From positions 2,334 through 66,333 of the forward strand of contig CAZPII010000001.1 in assembly GCA_964586485.1 (NCBI GenBank): 64,000 nt of DNA, given 5' to 3'. This stretch comes from an uncultured Atribacterota bacterium. Its GTDB lineage: Bacteria > Atribacterota > Phoenicimicrobiia > Phoenicimicrobiales > Stramentimicrobiaceae. Position 1 is the stretch's first letter, and each line of letters starts with the position of its first letter. A model generated the notes under the pieces. That model saw only the letters and a list, made by a program, of their open reading frames with translations, was not told the DNA's origin and did no database searches. Position numbers and translations under genes: made by a program. Of the stretch, positions 54,962 to 63,524 are shown in pieces.

Positions 54962-55690
54962 ATGTTAAGTAGTGAAAAAGCAACTTTTGATGAAGCAAAA
55001 AAAAGATATGCTTTGCTTAAACAATTTGAAGAATCTGAAAATTATAAAAAAATGAATGATCTTGTTGCTCAGCATCATGAGTTAGAAAACGACTATTTAT
55101 ATGCCGTTAATAAATTAATGAACTTAACCGATAACATAGAAGAAAAACAAACTGAACAGCCTGAAAGCAAAGATGAGGTTATTCAAATTTATAATGATTT
55201 ACCTAAAGATATGGTAAGTCCTAATTTTAAAATTTCAGAATTTGAAAATTCAAATACTGCTAAATCGTTAGGTATACCAAATAAAATGTCAGATAAACAA
55301 ATTAATCAAGCTAAATTTTTAGCTTATTATATACTTGAACCAATAAGAGATTATTATGAGTCTCCCGTTATAATTACTTCTGGCTTTAGGTGTGAAGAAT
55401 TAAATAGTAAAATTAGTTCTTCAAGTACTTCAGATCATTTATATAGTGAAGTCACATGTTCTGCGGCTGCTGATATCAAGGTGAATGGCGTTGAAATTAA
55501 AACACTTTTCAATGATCTTATTTCTGGTAGAATAAAAATAAATCAGAAATACATGAATCAAATAATTATAGAATTTGATCAAAACATAATTCATACCGCT
55601 ATACGCCTTGTTAGCCCTAAGCGAGAATTTTTAAAACGATATGTTTCAAGTGGAAGAACTTTTTATGATCGGGTAAGTAAAGAAATATAG
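54962..55690 (+). CDS. peptidase M15 (PF08291-type) cell-wall hydrolase, probable endolysin
   Basis: FKISEF...ILEPIRDYYESPVIITSGFRCEELNSKI..STSDH...AAADI...IIEFDQNIIHTAI carries the H/D/H zinc-ligand pattern. It is the last gene before a strong terminator. Confidence 0.8.
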   Translation: MLSSEKATFDEAKKRYALLKQFEESENYKKMNDLVAQHHELENDYLYAVNKLMNLTDNIEEKQTEQPESKDEVIQIYNDLPKDMVSPNFKISEFENSNTAKSLGIPNKMSDKQINQAKFLAYYILEPIRDYYESPVIITSGFRCEELNSKISSSSTSDHLYSEVTCSAAADIKVNGVEIKTLFNDLISGRIKINQKYMNQIIIEFDQNIIHTAIRLVSPKREFLKRYVSSGRTFYDRVSKEI

Positions 55691-55722
55691 TTATTCCCAA
55701 AACATACATACTATCTAAATGC

Positions 55723-55749
55723 GACACTTTTTTTAAAGTGTCTTTTTTT
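55723..55749 (+). terminator. rho-independent terminator closing the late block
   Basis: gacacttt tttt aaagtgtc (8-bp stem) followed by T7. TATAAT follows at 55751-55756. Confidence 0.8.
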
Positions 55750-55785
55750 ATATAATGAAATAATTAATTATATAGGAGAATTATT

Positions 55786-55971
55786 ATGCCAAAAGAAGTC
55801 GATGAATGTGTAACCGCGCTATTAAGAGATAATCCAGAAATGGATAGGAATGAAGCTTGGGCTATTTGTTATGCACAATATAATGAAGAACATAATAAAA
55901 TGAGTCATAATCTTTTGAATAAATGTATTCAGACATTTAATAAATATTCAAATATATTAAAAAATAATTAA
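55786..55971 (+). CDS. hypothetical protein (61 aa)
   Basis: AGGAG RBS. Confidence 0.45.
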   Translation: MPKEVDECVTALLRDNPEMDRNEAWAICYAQYNEEHNKMSHNLLNKCIQTFNKYSNILKNN

Positions 55972-56019
55972 ATATTGCTTTTAAATGTTGTAACATGTAA
56001 TTATTAAAACGAGGTTGCG

Positions 56020-56667
56020 ATGTCTAGGAAAAGGAAATTATTTATAGCTTATTGTGCTAATTGTTTAAAAAAAATTACAGTAAAGGCAAAAAGTAACGAT
56101 ACTCCTAGCTATATGAGTTTAGATCAATATAGAAAATCAGGTAGGGTATATTGCTCTGAAAAATGCTTAAATACGTTTAAAAGAAAATTATTGTCAGAAA
56201 AAATGAAATCTAGGCATCAAAAAAATAAAGTTAAATCTGATTTTATGAAAATAAATAATCCAATGTTTAATCCTGAAACTAGAAGAAAAGCAAGCGAGAC
56301 ATTGAAAAGAAAGGGCTTCAAGCCACCGAGGCCAAAAACAAGAATATCAAGACCTCAGATTTTATTAGCCGCTGCACTTGGGAAGAGCTGGAAAATAGAA
56401 TATATTTTAAATACAGGTGTTAAAGGTGGTGGTATCCCATCTAATTATAAAATTGACATTGCTAATAGTTTGTTTAAAATAGCAATAGAAGTTGATGGTA
56501 GTTCTCATGATACTTTAAAAAAACAAAAAGAAGATAAGAAAAAAGAAACATTTTTAAAATCAAGGGGGTGGAGGATTATTAGGTTTAAAAATAATGAAGT
56601 TTTAGAAGATGTAGATGATTGCGTAAGAAAGGTTAAATTATGTCAAAAGATAGAAGGTCTCAAATAA
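56020..56667 (+). CDS. Vsr/DUF559-like endonuclease-fold protein with N-terminal Cys motifs
   Basis: YKIDIANSLFKIAIEVDGSSHD...ETFLKSRGWRIIRFKNNEV matches the DUF559/Vsr core. The N-terminus has CANC...CSEKC. Confidence 0.6.
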   Translation: MSRKRKLFIAYCANCLKKITVKAKSNDTPSYMSLDQYRKSGRVYCSEKCLNTFKRKLLSEKMKSRHQKNKVKSDFMKINNPMFNPETRRKASETLKRKGFKPPRPKTRISRPQILLAAALGKSWKIEYILNTGVKGGGIPSNYKIDIANSLFKIAIEVDGSSHDTLKKQKEDKKKETFLKSRGWRIIRFKNNEVLEDVDDCVRKVKLCQKIEGLK

Positions 56668-56873
56668 ATGAAGAATTTAAATCTTATTTTAAAAAAGATA
56701 TAGATTATTTTCTTGATAACCTTTTAGATTTTAATATATTAAAATTTAGACAGCATTTAAAATTAAATTACAGACAATTTCCAATTCAATATATAGAAAA
56801 ACGCTATGGTACTGATGCTGCTAATGTATTTAAAGAGGCTTTATATAATAGAAAAATCAGGAGAAAAATATGA
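56640..56873 (+). CDS. hypothetical protein (77 aa)
   Basis: ORF track; 28-nt overlap with the upstream gene. Confidence 0.4.
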   Translation: MSKDRRSQINEEFKSYFKKDIDYFLDNLLDFNILKFRQHLKLNYRQFPIQYIEKRYGTDAANVFKEALYNRKIRRKI

Positions 56874-58450
56874 TAATAAAAAACATGATAAATATAAAAT
56901 ATAATGAATTAACCACTGCACAAAGAGAAAAATTAGATAGGTTTTTAAAAAGAAAATGTAAAAAGAAAAACCCACTATATTTTAAAACACTTAATATGGG
57001 ATTTCCTGTATATAATATAAAACCTTTAATTTACCTTTATGATCAAGATAGACAAGGTGTTTATTTATTTAGAGGCTTGTTAGACGATGTTTTAAAAGTT
57101 TTTCCAGAATTAGATATTAAGGACAATAGAAGAGATTTTAAGTGTAGTGATTTTAAAAATAATATTGTTTTAAGAAATTATCAAGAAAGAGAAGTTAATA
57201 AAATATTAGACACAAAAGCTGAACAAGGCTATATACATGCTGTTTGTAGGTCGGGTAAGACATATATGTCAATTGATTTAGTTCATAAATTAAAACAAAG
57301 AACTTTGATTTTAGTTCATACTAAATATTTATTAGAGCAGTGGAAGTCAGATATTTTATCCAATACTGATATAAAATTTGTTGGTGAGTTCCATGGTAAT
57401 AAAAAGAAACTGGGCAATCAGATAACTATAGGATTAATTCAATCTGTTGTTAAACATATAGATGAATTAAAAGATATGTTTGGTATGGTTATTTTAGATG
57501 AATGCCACCATGTGCCGGCTAGAACTTTTTTAGAAGTTATCAATGGATTTAATAGCAGATATCGATTTGGTTTGACAGCTACACTTAAAAGAAAAGATGG
57601 TCTTGAGTTCTTAATACCGCCTACATTTGGTAATGAATGCGCCAGTGTCACAAAAGAAGATGTTCATAGTATAAATAAAGCGCCCGATATAAAAATTATA
57701 ATAGTTCCAACACAATTTCAATATAACGCTGAAACAAAAATGATTAAAAAAGATAAGAATAGATTAAAATATTTGTTAAAACAAGCTATTCAAAAAGGAA
57801 ATGAGCGACAAATATCATTATTAGAAAATAAACTTAGAGATTATAATTTTAATTATATAGATTATATTGATCAAATTGTCTGTGATGATGACAGGAATAG
57901 GCTTATATTAAAACTTATAAAGAAAGAAATAAAAGGCGGAACCAGATGTCTTGTTTATTGCGATAGAATCAAGCATTGTAAGATACTTAATTTTTTCCTC
58001 AGAAAAGCCGGACACAGAACTATTAGTATTATTGGCGAAACAAAAAATAGATTATCACTAGATGGTGTTTATGAGTTTGTTGCTAATAAAATGGAAGAAA
58101 ACAAATTAAAATGTGCCATAGGAACGCCGGGTTGCATTAATGAATCTATGACAATACCAAGCCTAGGAGCTGGGTTTATTACTTGCTCTGCGACATTAAG
58201 TAATTTTGGAAAATTAGAGCAACAAATTGGACGCTTAGAATGTTATCACCCTGATGTTCCAGAAGTTAGAGTATATATTTTTTGGGATCAATTTGTGGAA
58301 AACTTTTATAACCCGTATAATAAATTATGTAAAAAATTTGGAAGCAAAAATGTATCCATTTACAAGGAAGAAAAAGAGGGTAAAGATGGAAAATCAAGAC
58401 AGAATGAGGCTGAAAGACCTCTTAGAAGAAGAAAAGAATCTTCTAAATGA
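56870..58450 (+). CDS. superfamily-2 DEAD/DEAH-box helicase (ResIII-type)
   Basis: LRNYQEREV (Q motif), CRSGKT (motif I), LDECHH (motif II), TATLKR (motif III) and QQIGRLE (motif VI). Confidence 0.85.
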   Translation: MIIKNMINIKYNELTTAQREKLDRFLKRKCKKKNPLYFKTLNMGFPVYNIKPLIYLYDQDRQGVYLFRGLLDDVLKVFPELDIKDNRRDFKCSDFKNNIVLRNYQEREVNKILDTKAEQGYIHAVCRSGKTYMSIDLVHKLKQRTLILVHTKYLLEQWKSDILSNTDIKFVGEFHGNKKKLGNQITIGLIQSVVKHIDELKDMFGMVILDECHHVPARTFLEVINGFNSRYRFGLTATLKRKDGLEFLIPPTFGNECASVTKEDVHSINKAPDIKIIIVPTQFQYNAETKMIKKDKNRLKYLLKQAIQKGNERQISLLENKLRDYNFNYIDYIDQIVCDDDRNRLILKLIKKEIKGGTRCLVYCDRIKHCKILNFFLRKAGHRTISIIGETKNRLSLDGVYEFVANKMEENKLKCAIGTPGCINESMTIPSLGAGFITCSATLSNFGKLEQQIGRLECYHPDVPEVRVYIFWDQFVENFYNPYNKLCKKFGSKNVSIYKEEKEGKDGKSRQNEAERPLRRRKESSK

Positions 58451-58985
58451 ATTAAATCTAATAACAAAAGAAATACAAAAAATAATTAAAAAATATACAA
58501 GATTATATAATCATAAAAGTTATTTAAGTAAGGATGAAGTTGTTAGAAAAGAAGAATTTGAAGAAATAGATAAAAGAAAAAAAGCCAGAGAATTGTCAAG
58601 GCAAGAAGAAAAAGAAAATCCTTCTAAAATAAAAAGATATAATAAATGGCAAGATAAAGATTCAGATGAATGGCATTATAATGATATTATTGGTTATTGG
58701 TTAACATGTTATGTTGGTCATTTTGAAATTGAAGATACTGTTTTTATATCTAAGAAAAATGTTTATATTTCAAAAATTAAATCACTTATTAAAAATCAGA
58801 AAATTGATCCAAAAGAATTGATAGATTGGTTTTTTGATTCTTTAGATGATGATTTAAGTTGGATAAATAGCGTAACAATAGGTACTTTAACTAGTAATTC
58901 AGTTTTAAGCTCTTATTTGGGTAAAAATAAGAATAAACTTAAAAAGACAAAAAGTTTTCAGTCACAAGAATATTGGAGGGATTAA
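58386..58985 (+). CDS. hypothetical protein (199 aa); its position suggests a replication-initiation/loader partner
   Basis: ATG 58386 follows AGAGGG. The track start at 58254 would overlap the helicase gene by about 200 nt. Confidence 0.35.
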   Translation: MENQDRMRLKDLLEEEKNLLNELNLITKEIQKIIKKYTRLYNHKSYLSKDEVVRKEEFEEIDKRKKARELSRQEEKENPSKIKRYNKWQDKDSDEWHYNDIIGYWLTCYVGHFEIEDTVFISKKNVYISKIKSLIKNQKIDPKELIDWFFDSLDDDLSWINSVTIGTLTSNSVLSSYLGKNKNKLKKTKSFQSQEYWRD

Positions 58986-58987
58986 GT

Positions 58988-59608
58988 GTGAAAAATGATA
59001 AACCAAAAATTGATTTTTATGTAATAAATCAAAAAACAAAATTACCACTTAAACATTTACAATCTAGTATTCAAAATTCAAGTCTTGAGCTTAAAGGTAT
59101 TATACAATATTCAGATGAGCAGCTTATATCAGCCATAATGGAAAAATATATACATAGTGTTTATATTTGCGGGCCTTCCGGAACTGGAAAAACTTGGTTG
59201 GCTACTTATTTAGGATGCAATTTGTTTCTTGAAGAATCGCGCCGCGCAATTACTTTAAAAAATATAGTACAATTTTTACAAAGTTCATCTTTGGTTAGGA
59301 TTTTTAATTTAGATCAGTTTGGAAAAGAAGATGAAATTAGCTATAATGAAATTAAGAATACAAAGTTTTTAATTTTAGATGATATTTCTATTTTTTCACC
59401 TATGTTTAAAAATAGAGATTATTATTTTGTTATGTTTGATGATCTTATTCGGTATCGGTATTCAAATCTTTTACCTACTATATTAACAAGCAATATTAAA
59501 CCAAAAGACTTAGTGAATGAATTAGGTCCGAGTTTATCAAGTATAATATTAAGTAAAAAAGAATCTAAGACTTTTATTTTAAAAAGTTGTAATTATAGGA
59601 TTGAATAA
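58988..59608 (+). CDS. DnaC/DnaI-like AAA+ helicase loader
   Basis: GTG 58988 lies 7 nt after GGAGGG. Walker A GPSGTGKT and Walker B FLILDD. Confidence 0.6.
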   Translation: MKNDKPKIDFYVINQKTKLPLKHLQSSIQNSSLELKGIIQYSDEQLISAIMEKYIHSVYICGPSGTGKTWLATYLGCNLFLEESRRAITLKNIVQFLQSSSLVRIFNLDQFGKEDEISYNEIKNTKFLILDDISIFSPMFKNRDYYFVMFDDLIRYRYSNLLPTILTSNIKPKDLVNELGPSLSSIILSKKESKTFILKSCNYRIE

Positions 59609-59628
59609 TTTTTATTAACATGTATAAT
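59601..59628 (+). promoter_or_regulatory. sigma70-type promoter (TTGAAT, 16 nt, TATAAT)
   Basis: -35 at 59601-59606 and a perfect -10 at 59623-59628, overlapping the stop of the upstream gene. Confidence 0.45.
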
Positions 59629-59677
59629 ATGTTTATCATGCAAATATTCATTCAATAATGATTCCATTCTTAACAAG

Positions 59678-59704
59678 AACTGGCTAAAATGGTCAGTTTT
59701 TGTT
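59678..59704 (+). terminator. weak stem-loop plus T-run
   Basis: aactggc/ggtcagtt gives 7 bp including one G-U, followed by ttttgtt. Confidence 0.35.
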
Positions 59705-59736
59705 ATTATAATAAATATGTACTGCATTATTTTGCT

Positions 59737-59770
59737 CCCGGTAATTACCGGGATTTTTGTTTTTTTATTT
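59737..59770 (+). terminator. rho-independent terminator
   Basis: Perfect palindrome cccggta at taccggg followed by atttttgttttttt. Confidence 0.7.
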
Positions 59771-59905
59771 ATAAAATTGATTTTATCAAGTTTATAGGAA
59801 TATTTTTTAAGTTATTATTGGGTTTTCACGTTTTTTTGTAAAAAAGTGTAAAAAAATCAAACAGAATTTAAAATTTTAGGTTTGTTTTACGATTATATTA
59901 ATGGA

Positions 59906-60017
59906 CATGGCAATGAGATTCATTCAATTAAAATTAAATAAATCTCATTACCATGGTGTAATATTACACCACTATTAAATTTTTTTAATCTGGTTTCCAG
60001 ATTAAAAATTTAATAGT
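59906..60017. other. three consecutive stem-loops
   Basis: (1) catggcaatgagatt/aatctcattaccatg, 15 bp with 1 mismatch. (2) ggtgtaat/attacacc, a 16-bp perfect palindrome. (3) actattaaattttt(tt)aatctgg/ccagattaaaaatttaatagt, about 21 bp. Confidence 0.8.
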
Positions 60018-60114
60018 GCCTTACAAAGGACAATGGAATTGGATAAAATTTTATATGATTAATATAATTTAATGCTATATTCAGGTATTAATTAATGTAA
60101 ACCATTTTTTGTAT

Positions 60115-60141
60115 ATTGAAATTATTGAAACAATTGAAGTA
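60115..60141 (+). repeat. 3 x 9-bp tandem ATTGAA(A/G)NN
   Basis: attgaaatt attgaaaca attgaagta, with an exact 9-bp period. Confidence 0.7.
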
Positions 60142-60241
60142 TTTAAAATTATTTTTAAAAGGTAAACAAGCATTAAATATTCTTTATTGTTGTTAACTAA
60201 AAAATTATATATAATCATGAAACATTATAGGAGGATCAGGG

Positions 60242-61543
60242 TTGAATGAAGAGGTAATTAAAAATTATTCTATACATAATGAACAAGTAGTTCTTAGTTG
60301 TTTAATGCAAAACAATAAGACACTTTATAGATATATTGATAGTGTTAAAGGAGAATATTTTCTTGATAAAAAATCAAAATTAATTTTAAAGGGCTTAAAG
60401 AAACTAGTTTCTAGGAAACAAAAATTTAGTCTTGATACTTTAATGGAATTTTTAGATGACGAAAATATTAGTATCAAGGAATTGCAGAAATTAATTGATA
60501 TTTATTCCAGTGCTCATAAAAATATTGAATTTCATATTTCTAAAATTGTATTAAATTATTGTAAATTGAGATCTTATAATACTTTATTAAATGAATTAGA
60601 TCAAACTTTGCTTGATTCTAAATCTGATAAAGAAGATATTTTTAATATTATTGATTTATTTAAAGATGAATTTTCAATTGTTCAAAATGCTTTAACTGAG
60701 ATTGGTGATGGTAATGAAATATTTGATAATTATCTTGATACATTAGATAGGAGATTAGAGGGTAAGGCTTTCGGAACTACTGGTTTTAAATGTTTAGATT
60801 CCGCCTTAACAGAGGGATTTTGCGATGGTAAAATTACCATACTTGGTGCCTTAAGAAGTATTGGTAAAACAACATTTTGTTGCAATATAGCTAATGCTTT
60901 GATTTCTAAAGGTTTACCTGTTATATATTTTAACCTAGAGCCCCATACTATATCTATTCTTGATCAATTGGTTTGTATGAGATTAAAAATCAGTAGAACT
61001 GATTTAATTAAATATGCTTCTAAATTAGATGATAAAATATTAGATGAAATTGAAGAAGAAGTTTATAATATTACTGTCAGGGATAATCTTTTAAAATTTG
61101 TTGATAATCCTGATGTATCATTTAATAGTATAGAAAATATATTATCAAGTAATAATTACAAATTAGCTATTATTGATTTATTTGAAAAATTAAAAGAAGT
61201 TCCTTCAGGAGATACAAAATTAATATCTCAGGCTTTAGATAGGATTCAATCAATAGCTAAAAAAACAAATACTCATATTTTAGTCGTTCAACAATTAAAC
61301 AGAGCTACTGAAAAAAGGAAAGATATTAGACCAAAACTTTCTGATTTTATGAATACGTCAAAATACGAACAGGTTGCTGATAATGTCTTTTTACTTCATA
61401 GAAATAAGTTTTTTGAACCTGAATTGATAGATGATATTTTAGAAGTAATTATAGCGAAACAAAGAGAGGGTAAACCTAATGTTAATGTTTATTTTAAGTT
61501 TCTAGGAGAGATAGCAAAAATAGAAGAGATGGGGTTAAGATGA
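60242..61543 (+). CDS. dnaB: DnaB-like replicative helicase
   Basis: TTG start 5 nt after AGGAGGA. GALRSIGKTTF (Walker A), AIIDLFEKL (Walker B region) and VVQQLNRATEKR (the DnaB SQLNR motif). Confidence 0.85.
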   Translation: MNEEVIKNYSIHNEQVVLSCLMQNNKTLYRYIDSVKGEYFLDKKSKLILKGLKKLVSRKQKFSLDTLMEFLDDENISIKELQKLIDIYSSAHKNIEFHISKIVLNYCKLRSYNTLLNELDQTLLDSKSDKEDIFNIIDLFKDEFSIVQNALTEIGDGNEIFDNYLDTLDRRLEGKAFGTTGFKCLDSALTEGFCDGKITILGALRSIGKTTFCCNIANALISKGLPVIYFNLEPHTISILDQLVCMRLKISRTDLIKYASKLDDKILDEIEEEVYNITVRDNLLKFVDNPDVSFNSIENILSSNNYKLAIIDLFEKLKEVPSGDTKLISQALDRIQSIAKKTNTHILVVQQLNRATEKRKDIRPKLSDFMNTSKYEQVADNVFLLHRNKFFEPELIDDILEVIIAKQREGKPNVNVYFKFLGEIAKIEEMGLR

Positions 61544-61782
61544 TAGTCAGAATAAAAGATATAGCTTTGGTTAAAATGGGGTGGAATTTAAAACAATTGC
61601 ATCGTGAATATGATAAAAAATTTCCTAATGATATAACTTATCAAACCTTGCTCTTGTGGGCTAGTAGAAGTGAAAACAAAAGAGTTCAGCCAAGATATGA
61701 TCAAATGGAAAAACTCTGTTATATCCTTAAATGTGATATGGGTGAATTATTTAAAGTTGAAAGGTTAAAGTTTGATCAATGA
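61540..61782 (+). CDS. small HTH-like (XRE-type) protein
   Basis: ATGA overlap. ITYQTLLLWASR...EKLCYILKCDMGELFKVE resembles the XRE HTH C-terminal part. Confidence 0.4.
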   Translation: MIVRIKDIALVKMGWNLKQLHREYDKKFPNDITYQTLLLWASRSENKRVQPRYDQMEKLCYILKCDMGELFKVERLKFDQ

Positions 61783-62812
61783 TTTTTTAAATAGAACGCC
61801 AATTAATAAGTCTTGGAAATTGTTTAAAAAATATCAATTTAGTTTTGATGTTAAATCAGTGCTTGATAATCTTTCTATATCTTATGAAGAGCGTAATGGC
61901 TGGCTGTATACATTATGTCCTTACCATAAAGATGAAAATCCATCTATGGCTTTTTGTTGTGATATGTCGAGCGGATATTATGGTATGTTTAAATGCTGGT
62001 CTTGTAATACCATAGGAAATATTATTGATCTTGTTTCTGATATTAAAACTGTTTCGTCAAAAGAGGCTTTTGATCATATTGAAAAGAATTTAAAATACAT
62101 TGATCACTGGACTGCAACTATGAATAAAAATATTAAATCATTTAAAAACAATAAGAAAAATATTGATTTACATTTTACTTTTAAACCAGTTAAAAAAGAT
62201 AGTATATTTTTTAATTATTTAGAACATCGTGGTATTTCACAAAAAGTTATAAATAAATTCAATATAATGCAATGTTCAGAAGGTTTTTATAATAATAGAA
62301 TTATTATTCCTATTTATCATAATTCTAAATTATATAGTTTTTGTGCTCGTTCGATATATAAAAATGCTTATATAAAAAAACATAGTATAACTAAAATTTT
62401 ATATCCAAAAGGCTCTTATATATCAAGGGTTTTATTTCCTGATTGTGTTAACTCGTTAAATAATAAAAAGATTATTTTGGTTGAGGGTATTTTTGATGCC
62501 TTGAGATTATACTCTTTAGGGTATAAAAATGTTTATACTACTTTTAGTAACAAAATTTCTAATGGACAAAGATATTTTTTAAATTTTGCAAAAGATATAA
62601 TTCTTATTCCTGATTCTGATGATGGTGGCAAGAGTTTTAAAAATATATTTAAAAACTCTAACATAACTTCTAATCTTTATATTTATAGTTTGCCCAAAGG
62701 TGATGATCCCGGTTCCACTGATAAAATAAACCTTGTCAATATTTATGACAAGGCTAAAATCTGTACACAATTTCATAGAAAGATTTTAAAAAGAAAGGTT
62801 ATTAATGATTAA
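61772..62812 (+). CDS. dnaG: DnaG-like primase (CHC2 zinc finger plus TOPRIM)
   Basis: CPYHKDENPSMAF...FKCWSCNTIGNIIDLV (CHC2), VEGIFDALRL and IPDSDDGG (TOPRIM). Confidence 0.85.
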   Translation: MINDFLNRTPINKSWKLFKKYQFSFDVKSVLDNLSISYEERNGWLYTLCPYHKDENPSMAFCCDMSSGYYGMFKCWSCNTIGNIIDLVSDIKTVSSKEAFDHIEKNLKYIDHWTATMNKNIKSFKNNKKNIDLHFTFKPVKKDSIFFNYLEHRGISQKVINKFNIMQCSEGFYNNRIIIPIYHNSKLYSFCARSIYKNAYIKKHSITKILYPKGSYISRVLFPDCVNSLNNKKIILVEGIFDALRLYSLGYKNVYTTFSNKISNGQRYFLNFAKDIILIPDSDDGGKSFKNIFKNSNITSNLYIYSLPKGDDPGSTDKINLVNIYDKAKICTQFHRKILKRKVIND

Positions 62813-63521
62813 ATGTTATCAGAAAAAAGAAAATTTATCAAGGAAACGAATTGATTCCTTATTATATCGTTATAAAGAGTTAAAAGATGATAATAGTTTC
62901 AATTTAGTTTATGGTTATTTAAGTATTAGAATTAATCAATTAATCAAAAAGGTGTTTGGTTCTGATTTAAGTGAAGAATATTTTTTGGATCTTAGGCAAG
63001 AATGTTTTGAAAAGATCATTTTTTCTATTAATAAATTTAAATTTAAAAAGGATAATTTTTGGTTTAAGACAAAAAATGAATTTATTAAATATTGTCGTGA
63101 TAATGGTCTTCCTTTTAAACCTGATGTTGATATTTTAGATTATTGTTTACTTCAGGTTTATAATTGTTTAAAAGATTTAAGAAGGAAATATTTTAGACAA
63201 TTAAGATATAAGAAGCTCGTTTTAGAAAAGTTATTTAATTCTTTTAAAAAGAAATATTATAATAATGATAATGAAACCAAAATTGATATTGACTTATGTA
63301 TTGATAAACAGGATAATATTCGCAACAAGGATATTGTTGCGAATATTATAAGTCTAGCAATAGAAGGAAATAAAAATCATGTTATTAAATCGATACTTAA
63401 ATTGTGGAATTTTAATAATAAAATGATTTTAAAATGTTTTTCTTTTTTAAAACATAATTTTTTATTGCATATGACTAATAAACCTTGTATTGTTAATATG
63501 ATGATAATTAAAAAGGAGTAG
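62805..63521 (+). CDS. sigma-factor-like protein (weak)
   Basis: VYGYLSIRINQLIKKVFGSDLSEEYFLDLRQECFEKIIFSINKFKF resembles sigma70 region 2. No clear region 4 was read. Confidence 0.3.
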   Translation: MIKCYQKKENLSRKRIDSLLYRYKELKDDNSFNLVYGYLSIRINQLIKKVFGSDLSEEYFLDLRQECFEKIIFSINKFKFKKDNFWFKTKNEFIKYCRDNGLPFKPDVDILDYCLLQVYNCLKDLRRKYFRQLRYKKLVLEKLFNSFKKKYYNNDNETKIDIDLCIDKQDNIRNKDIVANIISLAIEGNKNHVIKSILKLWNFNNKMILKCFSFLKHNFLLHMTNKPCIVNMMIIKKE

Positions 63522-63524
63522 ACA

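Noticed and set aside
58254-58385. Track start at 58254 for the ORF ending at 58985
   Set aside because: It would overlap the helicase gene by about 200 nt with a hydrophobic, low-complexity N-terminus. The in-frame ATG 58386 with an AGAGGG RBS is more plausible.
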